The translations under genes were made by a program, and so were the position numbers. A DNA stretch of 64,000 nt from Daphnia carinata (lineage: Eukaryota), in NCBI RefSeq assembly GCF_022539665.2, contig NC_081334.1, positions 2,294,001 through 2,358,000 on the forward strand, in the 5' to 3' direction. Every line of letters begins with the position of its first letter. Within the stretch, counting starts at the first letter, position 1. Positions 40,682 through 52,421 of this stretch are shown piece after piece. The notes under the pieces are model-generated. The model saw only the letters and a program-made list of their open reading frames with translations. It was not told the DNA's origin and did no database searches.

Positions 40682-42929
40682 GGGACCAAGCTTTGGCTTT
40701 TGCCACAGTTTGAGTGAGAATAACCTAATTGCCTCACTGCATCAGAAATATCCTCCAATCAGCTAGCTCCTAGCCTCGAAAGAACTAGAGGCAAAAGTCA
40801 ACATGAAATTTCAACACAACCCTGAAACGGTATAGAGCGACAGCGGGAAAAAGGGCACTACGTGAGTGACTGAAAAGCAAATGGGGAAAAAAAAAGAAAA
40901 GGAGAGCGAGAAAAGATCAGAACTCTAAAATAAAATAAATAAACAAATAGAAACAAAACGTCTCAAAGTAGAAAGAAAGTCAAGGTCTTGCAGTCCTCTC
41001 CATAAGCTCGTGCCTAACCCTTCTAGAACATTACAACGTCCATGAGTATAAGAATAGGTCTACAAAATTCAGTTTTAACTTGTTAATATCAAGAACTATG
41101 TCCCAAAACATTTGACAATATCGAAAATGAATTGAATGTTATCATCAGCTTTCCACTCCAGTAGGTTTGTCTGAAGTATAATAAACACAGATTGTGCTAA
41201 AGGTTTTGTGATGTCGTTGAATCCGTTTAAGTCGTTGGCAATTATACCTTTCAAAACTGCTATTTACTTTCATGATGAAATGCTGCAGTGGGTTTCAGCC
41301 AGCTACAATAGAAAGAGGTACGCAGCCGCGCATTGCTGGCATAACTTATACGCCTCCCGCCTTCGTGACGTATATATTTCAGAAGAACCGCGTCCGCCTG
41401 TGCTCTGGATAAGGAACGATGGAGAGCCGGTATGCCACAATGCCCTAATCATGCTATTCAGAGTATTACAACTCAACAACAGCGGATGTCTTGCATTCTC
41501 TTACGGGTGTTAAACGCTCGCCGTTTATGAGTAATGCCAAAAATAGGCATAACGCTTCCCTTAATGAATGATCGACACCCTACTAAGTTATTAATGAATT
41601 AACAGCGGACTTTGACGATTGGACTGATCAGTTAAATGTGTATTCCAAAAGCGATTGAGTGATTTTGATGAAAGTGTTAATGAAGTACATGGAGTGTTAC
41701 GCATTCAGAGATGTGTCGGAGATGAGAGTCGGAGAGAATGGAGGGTACGTAACACGGTGTCGAATAGAATTCCCTATCGCATGCGAACCAGACATCAAAG
41801 TCAACAAATAAATGTGTGTTTCTTTTTCAAAGAAATAGTGACTAGGCGAGACTAGAATAGTAGGTCGGATGGGAAGGGGGAGGCGGGGAGAACAAAGTAA
41901 AAATAGAAGAGATGACAGCATATCTAAATTCAGCGTTCAAATTCCGCGCCTTCACTAGGTCACCAAGCGAAATCGTGTCAAATATCCCTTTAATATTGTA
42001 ACGTGAATGTTGTACCTCAGTGACCGCTATAAAATTTGCCTATTGGTTCATGGTATGTACCGTTCGACCTCGTGGCTAACAAAACTCGACTCTTTACATC
42101 GTTGGACAAAATACATTTAAAGATAATCCTTCTGGCTCAGAAATGTGCTGCCCAGAGTTTGTACGTGATAGGAAAAATGTTTTAAAACTCAGATTCGAAA
42201 TCTCTGGACTTGACGATGAGGGCGGGCATGTCTATCGTGGGTGAACGAACAACAGTACATAGCGATATATCAGGAGTGCCGAAGGATACGATAGGAAGCA
42301 AAACCTTTAGAGCTTATTTTTTTTTTTTTTTTTTGCATATCACGCAGTGCATAAAATTTTTTCATGTCTAGTCATGCAGCTTTGGCATGAAAAACATGCG
42401 CTTTCCAGCGTGCACAAGACGGCGCTCCGTCCAACTTAGTTCACGCGCACCTACCCCTTTTTCCGGTTAAGTAAAACTCCTCTAATAAAAAGTGCAAAAG
42501 AAAGGAGAAAAAGAAAAACAACCCATCAGAATACTGAATGGTATATTTTCGGCATAATGTGTGTTTATAAATTAACCTCAGAACATTTCATGAACTGATA
42601 AATTGACGCATCCTCTAGAGATGAAAGAAGCACTACACTAATGGTGGTCTATTGTATCTTCCGAGCCGGGAAAAAATGCCAACATGAAAAGTACTAGTTA
42701 TCGGAGAGATAAGATAAGCGACAACACAAAAGTAGAAATAAACAAAACGGAAGTATTTTTAGATTAAGCATTTCTAAAATTAAGCATTTAAATTTTTATT
42801 TTGCCTTGCCGCCACTACAAGACAGCATAAGGAACTCTAGAAACTGTTGTCCATAATACCAAACTTCAGTATCCACTATAAATCGTGCATGTCTTGATCG
42901 TTAAAATAATGAGGCATAAATAAAATAGA

Positions 42930-43046
42930 TGTCAGAAGTGGGATTTGAACCCACGCCCTCTATTGAGGACCAGAATGCTTGGGTACCGATTATCTCGGTA
43001 AGCTATCGCTTGAGTCTGGCGCCTTAGACCGCTCGGCCATCCTGAC
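42930..43046 (-). tRNA. tRNA-Leu(CAA) with a 33-nt intron (42976-43008)
   Basis: GTCAGGATGGCCGAGCGGTCTAAGGCGCCAGACT-CAA-G[intron]TTCTGGTCCTCAATAGAGGGCGTGGGTTCAAATCCCACTTCTGACA: intact stems, long variable arm, intron at position 37/38, TTTT terminator downstream. Confidence 0.97.
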
Positions 43047-44186
43047 ATGTAAGTATCCAGCCACAAATTTCAATAGTTCATTAGCCAAAGCAGATGTCAT
43101 AACGGTGACGGATGGGACTTTTAGACATTTTAGTTTTTCCGAAGCCTGATTTTATCCCAGGTTTTTCGAGCCCATCCCAGAGTCAAAAAGCATTGCGGCA
43201 GCCGGTTTCCGCTTTATGAACATACAGAGAAAACACGCAAGTTTTGCGTGTTGTATATTAAATATTTAAAAGGCTTTTGATTAACTGAAGTTGATATTAT
43301 CTTGCATCTCCGCCTAAATATTCCTGTTTGTGATTGTATTAATTCATCAAGAAAATCGTTTGAGTCTGATGGAAACGAAGCGCAAATCAATCAACGATGA
43401 AAAAACAGTTCGGCTTCCTTTCCAGGCCTCTTTCGAACGCGGCCTATATTACCCAGAGGACAAAATTCAAAAAACGCTGTTGCTACACTGAAAATAGAAA
43501 GCTGACACATCCTGCCGAGAACTCCAGCATGTTCCACCCGCTGCTGAGTCACGCAACGTAAATACATTCACACGCTACGAGATTAGTCACAATAATCAAA
43601 AATGTTTCAGTAAGATTTCTCGCTCCTGAAATGTCGTTGCATAAAAACACACAAACACCGAACAAATTCATCACTGCAATTCATGCTCGTATCCAATTCG
43701 GGATACGAGACGTGCAATGTTTACAGATTTCGAGATTCGTAAACGTTTTATCGTTTATTTTTAAAACGCGTCGTGTTACAGAGAGATATGACGATTAAAA
43801 TTTCGGTTTGGGTCTTAAATCAAATGTTAGCAGAATGTGAAGCGCAGAGAAATTTCGAATGCGTGTCGACAGCTCAAAGTTTCAAATTTCACGGTAAGCT
43901 CATTACTTATAAACAAAATGACGAAACGCTAATGTAAATTTTAGATATATGTCATTTCGAACCTTTGTTTGGCAGAGTTTACAGCATGTCAACTCTGCCA
44001 CAATAGACTTTATGATACTGGCTGTTTCTTGGCGGAAAACCAGAGCAATTAAAGAAAGAAAAAGAAGAAAATACTAATAGGAAAAAGAAAGAGAGACTAA
44101 TTGGTATCTAATGTTAACTATAAGTCAGTTACTGTGTACCAGTTGTTCGTACGAAACCGACAATTAGCCCAATTGATTCAGAGTGT

Positions 44187-45245
44187 TCATAGTTGCTTTA
44201 CAATCCGATGATAGGCATTATTTCTAATATTTTGCAAATTACGAATGGCAACATCGACAGCGATCGCAGATGGATGAGTCGAATTCCACGAATTAACAAG
44301 ACTTATAATTTCCCAGACATTTAGGCCCACACTTACACCCATGAGAACGAAATTGAAAGCAGCTACCTTATACAGCTTCGCTATGTTACGTTTGAACAAC
44401 TTAGCGTGTTCGTTAAAAAACATTGGAGTACTCAGAAATTCGGACATAATTTGACGTTCAGCGGCGGACAGGGATTGGCGGACCGTCTGTGCGGTTTTAG
44501 CAGGAAGGATACCTTCACGTACAATGTTGACTGCACTGAACATTTCAACTGCTTCTGTTGATCCTGTAGCCCTCAAAACCGACATTGGTATGCTGGAACC
44601 GTGTTTGGTGATTTCCGATATGATTCTACTGGCGGCATCATCTTCGAGACCATATTTATTCTTGATGAACTCCTTTGTACTTTCAATATAAGAAATGGCA
44701 TCCGACATGTCTTTTTCAAATTTCTTAATTTGTTGATTAGTTTCCTCGAGAATTTTTGCAGCTCTCTCGTTGTAACTCTTTGTCTTCACGATATCATTTA
44801 TGCCGACACCTAGAGATGTGATTCCTCCGCCAATGGAAGCACCCAGTGAAATCTTAGTCAATATTAATGACGCTCCTCCAGTGAAGAAGGAAAACAAGAC
44901 TCCAACAACAACGCCGATGGTGCCAATGGTTCCGACGGAGGTTCCTACAGTTTGCACGATATTGGAATCCTTGTGGTGTTTGATTGCCCAGGATTTGATT
45001 TCTTCTAGCGATTCAATACTTTTATCTAATAGCAACACGGCTCTCTCAGCACCTGCTTTCAGGCTCTCTCGAGTCGGCTAAGATGATGAACCCAACGTAA
45101 AGTTAGTCAAAAATTAATACTTAGCCCACAAAATTTTTTATTAAGAGAGAATTACCAATTGCCAGTCAGGAGAAACGACACCAGTTTTGCTTTGCGAGAC
45201 AAAGAACACAAGTATTAGCGCAAAAATCCGAGCAAGACGAGCCAT
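44187..45245 (-). CDS. Apolipoprotein-L-like protein with signal peptide, 326 aa (exons 45245-45156, 45077-44187)
   Basis: MARLARIFALILVFFVSQSKTG leader; 78-nt phase-0 intron; Gly-rich hydrophobic hairpin VGTSVGTIGTIGVVVGVLFSFFTGGASLIL..GASIGGGITSLG, a coiled coil, and C-terminal GVSVGLNVWEIISL..AIRNL resembling ApoL architecture. Confidence 0.7.
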
Positions 45246-45799
45246 TATTTTGTGTCATGCAACTAATTTCATAAAAATGAAAATAGTAATCAAGAATGCT
45301 GAATGAAACTACTAAAGTGCACTTATGCCACTGAAGCGGGGCAGCTTAGTAATGTATCATCTTACCGCTTACACATTACTTATAGCAGTTCTACATGCCG
45401 CATGTTCTTACCGTATCTCTGTCCCGAAACGATGCATCAACGTTTCAAGCAAATTGTGCAGTAGCATTGCTGGAGAGAAAAAGAGCATTCCAATCAGTTT
45501 ACATCTACGGCAGGGTTTGACCTTTACACGACTTCAAGAGGAAACCTTATACCTCCGGCGTATGGGCGATTGCCCACTTTGACAAATACCCTCCAGACTT
45601 TGCTACAGTTGCCCCCTCGACATTTGCCTCTCAAAAATACCATCTGACCAGTTTGCTCTAATTCATCTGGTTTGTATACAAATGATGTTGGCAGGACTTG
45701 GAAAAACCCCACATATTGATTTCTCTTTCCCTGTTTTCGCATGATAGCACTAATATGGTAGCCCATGTCTGTATGTCTGTTGGATAACTAAATTAGTGT

Positions 45800-46360
45800 T
45801 TCGTGTACTTCCTCTGGAGATGTCGTTTTTGGCAGATTTTATAAAAAGTGGGAAGGTTAATTCCCACCTCAAAGCACGTATTTTACGATTATTTCAAAAA
45901 CTTTACATTTTGCACAAAAATAAACCCAATATTCTTGACATACTGGCGCGCTTACCGTGGGAATTTTCCTTCAAAAATCTGCAAAATCTGAAACTTATTG
46001 AAATTTTTTGAAAATGGCAGAATATGCTCAAAATTTAATGCTGATTCCGAGAAAATTGTACTTTTTTTCATTATTTTAACCGTTTTGGAAATACGCCGAA
46101 TATTTGTGCTGCTTCGTGCTAGCGCTGTAGTGTAGTGATGCGCTAGTTTTTTTTACTGCGTTTTTACGTTTTCTTATAAAATTCGAATTCTATGTCAAAT
46201 CCAAATCATCTGTCGTCCTTCCCGTTTGAATACGAGCCAAAATTTTGTAAATTTTGCTAGATCTAGATTTTTGCGAAAAATGAAAAAATGGGAAGGCTAT
46301 TCCCTTCTCACTTTTCTCAAAATCTGCGAAAAATGACATCTTTTGGAATTGGTTGAAAAG
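45800..46360. repeat. Transposon-derived subterminal repeat, related in inverted orientation to 51680-52150
   Basis: 46101-46146 is the reverse complement of 51681-51726; 46271-46350 of about 51993-52070; 46020-46105 also matches 52280-52365 directly. Confidence 0.6.
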
Positions 46361-46447
46361 AAAACATTAATTTGTTTTTAGAATACCAATCTCAAACCAG
46401 TAATTTGTTTTATCGTCAGGTCAGTCGTTGATGAAATGTAACCAAAT

Positions 46448-46561
46448 TTGCCGCGATTACGATCGAAAATTAATCGCGATCCCGATCACGATAAAAAAAA
46501 TTATCGCCGATCCGATCATTTGACATTGATCGTCGATCGGATCAGTTTTTGCATGTCCTTG
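46448..46561 (-). mobile_element. Probable hAT-like transposon end with dense GATC/CGATC subterminal repeats
   Basis: Minus strand starts CAAGGACATGCAAAAACTGATCCGATCGACGATC..; multiple GATC within about 100 nt; partner end not found. Confidence 0.4.
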
Positions 46562-47792
46562 GTTGGTCACTGTTTGTGTGGTAGGTGCAGCTGTTTGCTG
46601 TTGATAAAATTAATTCAGTCGAGAGTATTGCATTCTGAAAGTGCTTTTAGAGGTGACATAAGCTACTGGATTTGTCGAAGGATTAGTTTTAATCCACGTT
46701 GTTTTAAAAAACCAATTGTAAATTCTTGATAGCAGAGCTCTTATTAACGTCATTTAGATTGTATATTTGATAACTTTTGAGATGTATAAAACTGGAATTT
46801 TTGAAAAATTAAGATTGTAGTTCTTGTGGTAACATTAACATCCATGTTTGTCTCCATCTCATGACAGTCTTTTTCCCCTACAGGTTACTTTGTGTTGTTG
46901 AATTTCTGCTACCCTAGAGCAAGTACGAGAATTCACATCATATAAAATCCATAAATTAATGTTGAAGTTGTTGTGAAATACGCAGCCAGTCTCTAGCAGA
47001 TGATAGTGTTGCAACTGCCTAGCCCAAGGTTCTGATTTTTGTTTTTTTTTCAAGAACTCAGTCGTGACCTAAAAAAGAGTGTCTGTGACATCCTGAATGA
47101 GGCAAGCGATTTCTGCAAAAAAAAGAACAAGTATCCATAAAAATTGATTGAAAAATTGAACTCCATTTGTATTTGTTTTTTACTTTTAAAATGATCTTAC
47201 ACTTGTTTTTTTTTCAAATTCTTCTTAATAAGGTCTGGAAGGTGGGGAATGAACAACCAGTAAAGGACCCGGAACCTGGGAGAGGAGAACCTGACAATCC
47301 GGACGAAGACAATGTAGTTCTTGATGCGAGCCCCAACAAGGAACCGAATGAAGAACGGCGCTGCCAGATGACGATGTAGTACCTTAATGAGGGCATCGCC
47401 GTGGCATCTGTCATTTCGCCTCCGCCAATTTCTTCATACGGGGATTTTTCATTAGCCATCCATCGCTTCATCATAGAGTCATGTTGCGCAATTTTTTCAA
47501 ACACACCATCTTCTCCTTGTATCCTTGCCGTCTTTTCTACTGCACTACTACAATAACCAAACTGACGCAGAGGAGGGTGAGATAACAGATTTTTACCTGA
47601 CCGTATACCACTACTGACTGATATACCAGATTTGCCTATTTAGATTTCAGGGGTCTGGTGTTGTGCATTTGTGTCGCTGAAAGAAAACGAATCCGTTTTT
47701 GATCGAAAATGCGACGGATCTGTTTGGGTTTACCAATGAAGATTGTGTTGAGTCAGAACGGAGTTTTTCTCCACAAGGAAAGAACACACGAA

Positions 47793-49240
47793 AACCATTG
47801 ATACTGAACACCCATCACATTGAAAAATTCTTGAATGAATTTTACTTTTTTCTGTGTTAGTTAACGCAAAAGATTCGCGAACAACAAAGATTATACTGAC
47901 GTTATGCTGTAACGTTAAAAAAGCTTTCCAGCCAATTCTCTGGGAATGTTGGTAAGCGTAAATCGAATGGCTTATTTGCTTCAGAGTACAGTATCTACCT
48001 TAACATGAAGTTGTATCATTATTCACTAATTCCTTTATATTTTAAGTAGAAAGAGTATATGGCCAAGCAAAGCAGTATCTGAGACGTAATCCAAAATCAT
48101 CTTAATGATGGGACATAGAGGAAAAAAAAATTCCCTTTAAGAGGAACATTGCCTGGAAGCGCAACTTGAAAAATACGGACTTCCCGCAAAAACTATGGAC
48201 ATCGCCAGATGGCGTTTACTGCCTAACCTTTCAAGTAGCGCCATCTCGTGAAGCCCATGTTGGACTATAAGTCCACCTTATTAATTGCTTCTTAGATAAC
48301 AAAATATTTAATATATTCAAATAGTGGCTGCAACTTCTGTGGGGAATAACACCATGGAGATTGCATAGGTAATTATTTGTGTAGAATGAAAACATATAAT
48401 ATTTTTTATTATAATTTATTTCCTTTGACCTTTTATAGAATTTTTTTGAGATTAGCGTCATCTGTAAGTTTTTTTATTAACCATTGATACTGAACATCTA
48501 TCACATTGAAGAATCCTTGAATGAATTTTTCGTTTTTCCATTTTAGTTAACGCAAGAGATTGGGAACAAACGTTACCGTTACCGTTACCGTTATGCTGTA
48601 TCGGTTAGAAAGCTTTTCATCCACCTCTCTGGGAATGTCGGTAAACGTAAATCAAATGATTCCGCCTTTACAGTAAAGTTTCTACAATGATGTGAAGTTG
48701 TATCAATATTCAGGAATTCCTTTATAATTTAAAGTAGAAAGGGTATATTTATATTATTTATTTATATTTAGAGTATATAGCTCAGCAAAGCAGTTACCTA
48801 AACAGTAATCCAAAATCATCTTAATGATGAGACAAGACGATCATAGCCTGGGAGAGCGGCTTCTAAAATATACACTTCCCCGGGAAACTATGGATTTCGC
48901 CAGATGGCGTTAAACCTGTCAAGCAACGCCTTCCATCGGAGTCCATATGGGGGACTGACTAAGTTCATAGTACAGTAATACCGAGGAAGAGCTGCACATG
49001 GCACACCTCAGATGTCAGTAAACTTATTATGCAGGTATTTGAAAACCTTATTAATTGCTTCTTAATAACAAAGTATTTAATACAGTCCAATAGTGGCTGT
49101 GACTACTGTGGGGAATGATGCCATGGAGATTGCATAGTTAATTATCTGTGTAGAGTGAAAATTTATATAGTTTGTTATTATAATTTATTTCGTTTGGCTT
49201 TTCTAGATACTTCTGAGATTGACTGCACCAGTAAGTTTTT
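47793..49240 (+). repeat. Diverged tandem duplication of about 690-760 bp (47793-48478, 48479-49240)
   Basis: Both copies begin aaccattgatactgaaca..atcacattgaa and share gtaatccaaaatcatcttaatgatg, cgccagatggcgtt, ccttattaattgcttctta and ccatggagattgcatag. Confidence 0.85.
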
Positions 49241-49729
49241 CTGTTCAGCAAATATTGATTGTTTTTGCATTTGCTGTTATAGTAAAAAATTTTAATGGCA
49301 GCAGAAATGTCGGTAAAGGAATTCTAGCTTGATAGTCAAATACAGACAGAATATATAGGAACTGGTTAGGAGAGCAGAGGCAGAAAGAAACCGAAAAAAA
49401 CATGAGGAATCAAAAAAGTTAACCCTTGTTGAAAAACAGACATTAAGATACCCACATAGATTGCTTGAACATTGTTTGTTTCTAAAATTTATTTTGATTC
49501 CAAGAAAAGGCTAAAGGAAGTCATTGTTCCTCTGCTACTTTGGGGACCACCTTGCGGCAAAATTACTTCATATACCGATTTGGTAAGTAAACCATTATAG
49601 AAAGTTAATCACTATTATCTGTTAATGTTTATCTTTCTTAGTAAAATTCTTATGGCTTGTTTTATCAACGTGAGATAGCTATAAATTGTCTGCATTTAGT
49701 TCAAAGTCTAAATGAATGAATCTCAATAA

Positions 49730-50730
49730 ACAGATGGCGTTGTATGGTTGCTAATCCAACCGCTAGAAGTTCTATTTCTTGGCACTAGATGGCTTTGGAT
49801 TGTTATAGCTAAGCACTAGATGGCTTAAGTGAATAATAGATGGCGTTGGAGGCCTGGTATGAAGTCCATTACAACCCTACTGAAGTCCGATAGATGGCGT
49901 TGAAATCCAATAGATGCTTTCCTAAGCATGACCGGAATTCCAACAGATGGCGTCCCAAGCATGACCTGAAGTCCAATAAATGGCGTTGCAAGCCTGACCT
50001 GAAGTCTGATACGTGTGAATGCCTGCTACATTAGCAGACAATTTACCATAGGTAATACAGTAGGTATTTGAGTTTTCAACGAAACAATAGGCAAATACCT
50101 TCGTGGTGAATTTTTGTTCATAAATTTATTATTCATTAGCAACAGGTTTTAAGTTTACCAGATACGAACATTTAAAACAGATGCAAGATATTTTTCAAGT
50201 AACTACCACTGGTTACGTTCTGGAATGGTGTGTGGAAGCCAATTAGGAATTGTTGGCCTTCGATGAATGTTACAGGTACATGTTTACTTTCACAAGCAGA
50301 AGTTTTCTACATTGATTTGTTTTAAATTTTCTTGATATAGGAGAGGAAAAGAAAAAATATGAATTGGAGAATGTTTTGTGTAAAGGTAAAATATTCTGAA
50401 AAGTATAACTGATATTGATAATTTAATTTCCACACATCCTGGTAATGATTCTATGGTTAAGCTTCCTCTCTTGTAAACTCATTTCCTCTTGTTTCATATT
50501 TTACATGAGTGACACTAAATGTGTAAATAGTTAACATGGGAAAAATCACCTGTGCTCAAGTATATGACCTGCTGTCTGGCCAGTGGAGTTTCAGGTGCAA
50601 TTAGTTACTTGTATAATGCTTTGGTGATACTATACACTTAACTGCATACAATAAGTATTTTTATGCCTTCAGGTGACTTGTGGAATTGCATAGTAATAGA
50701 GCTGTCATACTAACCTGAATACCTTAGTAT
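49730..50730 (+). repeat. Left arm of ~1 kb diverged inverted repeat, starting with a degenerate AGATGGCG array
   Basis: Collinear reverse-complement matches to 57920-59000, e.g. aatggtgtgtggaagccaat, cttgtaaactcatttc, gagtttcaggtgcaattagtt. Confidence 0.8.
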
Positions 50731-51663
50731 TTGTTTTTCATTTGTTTGTTTTATGTTGTCCTCTGCTCTCCCTTTTTTGTCCCTGTGTAAGTGATTTATA
50801 GGTACGATATGTACGAAATTCAAACTGGTTTTCACACTTTTGGTATAATATCAACTAATTCCAAATTTCAGTTCCAGCAACAAAGTTCTTCCAATTGACT
50901 TTGTTTATTTATTTTGGTCCATCTCCCAAACATTTAGCTTGTATTATTAAAATGTTGTTTTTGGGTGTTTTGAATGTTGTATTTTGATTTGCTTTTTTTT
51001 CATTTTTGTTTTTGCAGGTAGCAATAAATAGGGAAAGTTTCATCTAAAGCTGCTTACGTTTTGCATAAATGATAAGTTGATAATTCAATCATTCACTGAT
51101 CTGAGATCTCCTTTGTGATATGGCAGCAATGCCTCATTTTGTGGACTGTTATTTATTCTGGTTAAGTTTCAGAGTTTAGACATAAGCTTGTAATCTCCAT
51201 AATTGTTGCAAAATTCAAAAGTAGTTAACTAGATTTTTGTTTTCTTCATATGTTCTCAGAACTGCATTGAAACAAAGACTACTTCGTAGACCACTTTTGT
51301 TTAGCATGGAGCTTCTCTTCTCTGATTTTGCCTTTGATAAAGACCAAACAAGGAGAAAACCCATCATCGACATAGAATTTTCGTTGTTTCATAGCAAGCC
51401 GTTTTACCCCCAAAAAAATCATGCTTTTTTCTTACTCTTGCCATCGACCTGTCAGATTAGTAGTAAATCCTCTAATGACAAGTTAACATATTCTAGCCAT
51501 ATAAAAATCAAGTCTTCAAGTTTGATCGAGTCTTAAAAAATTGATAGATTATCATAAAATAGAAGAAGGTTGAATTATATTTTAATTAAGCATAAATATC
51601 AGTTTAAAACGGATCTATTATTGAAGAATCTGAAAGTATTTCACTATATGGACTAAATGAACT

Positions 51664-52421
51664 GAATATTTGACACAATGCTAGCGCGCTAGTATGCTAC
51701 AGCGCTAGCGCGATGCAGCAGAAATATACGGTGTATTTCCAAAATGGTTGACTGATGAAAAAATTGACATTTTGTAGGAATCAACATCCAATTTTGTGTA
51801 TACCTTGTGATGTTCAACCAATTCCGATGAGTGCCGGTTTTTGTAGAAAAAATTTTTAAGCCCGACTAAATAAGCTCGACTAATTTTTGCACGAAAATTC
51901 GATGTAATTCAAAAACGGCTAACTTGACAAGAAGATGAATGACTTTTTCTGAATCAGCGTTAAATTTTGATTATACTGAGTGATTTTCGTCGAATTCCAA
52001 GAGATGTCATTTTTTGGCCGATTTTGGCGAAAGTGGTAAGGCTATTGCACTTTGCACTTTTTCATTTTTGGGTAAATTTTAAATTTCGCTTAAAATAAAT
52101 GATTTCGATTCAGAATCGAATGCTTATCATGGAAATCAAATTTATTTTTCAATTGGTCTTATGGTTTTTTAATTAAACGTAAAAAACGAAAAAATAAGAA
52201 AAGTCGGGCTTATTTAGTCGGGCTTAAAAAAAAAAATTCTGCAAAAACTGGCACTCATCGGCATTGGTTGAATATCACAAGATATATTCAAAATTAAATG
52301 CTGATTCCGGGAAAATTGCTATTTTTTTCATTAAGTTAATCGTTTTTTAAATACACCGAATATTTGATACATTGCTAGCGCGCCAGTACGCTACAGCGCT
52401 AGCGCGATGCAGCAGAAATAT
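51664..52421. mobile_element. Foldback-like unit: inverted arms bracketed by 64-bp direct repeats
   Basis: Direct repeats at 51664-51727 and 52358-52421; inverted arms about 51722-51882 vs 52202-52365. Confidence 0.7.

Noticed and set aside
46860..47560. Exon-like fragments on both strands
   Set aside because: Interrupted by stops, no family recognised; treated as decayed repeat sequence.
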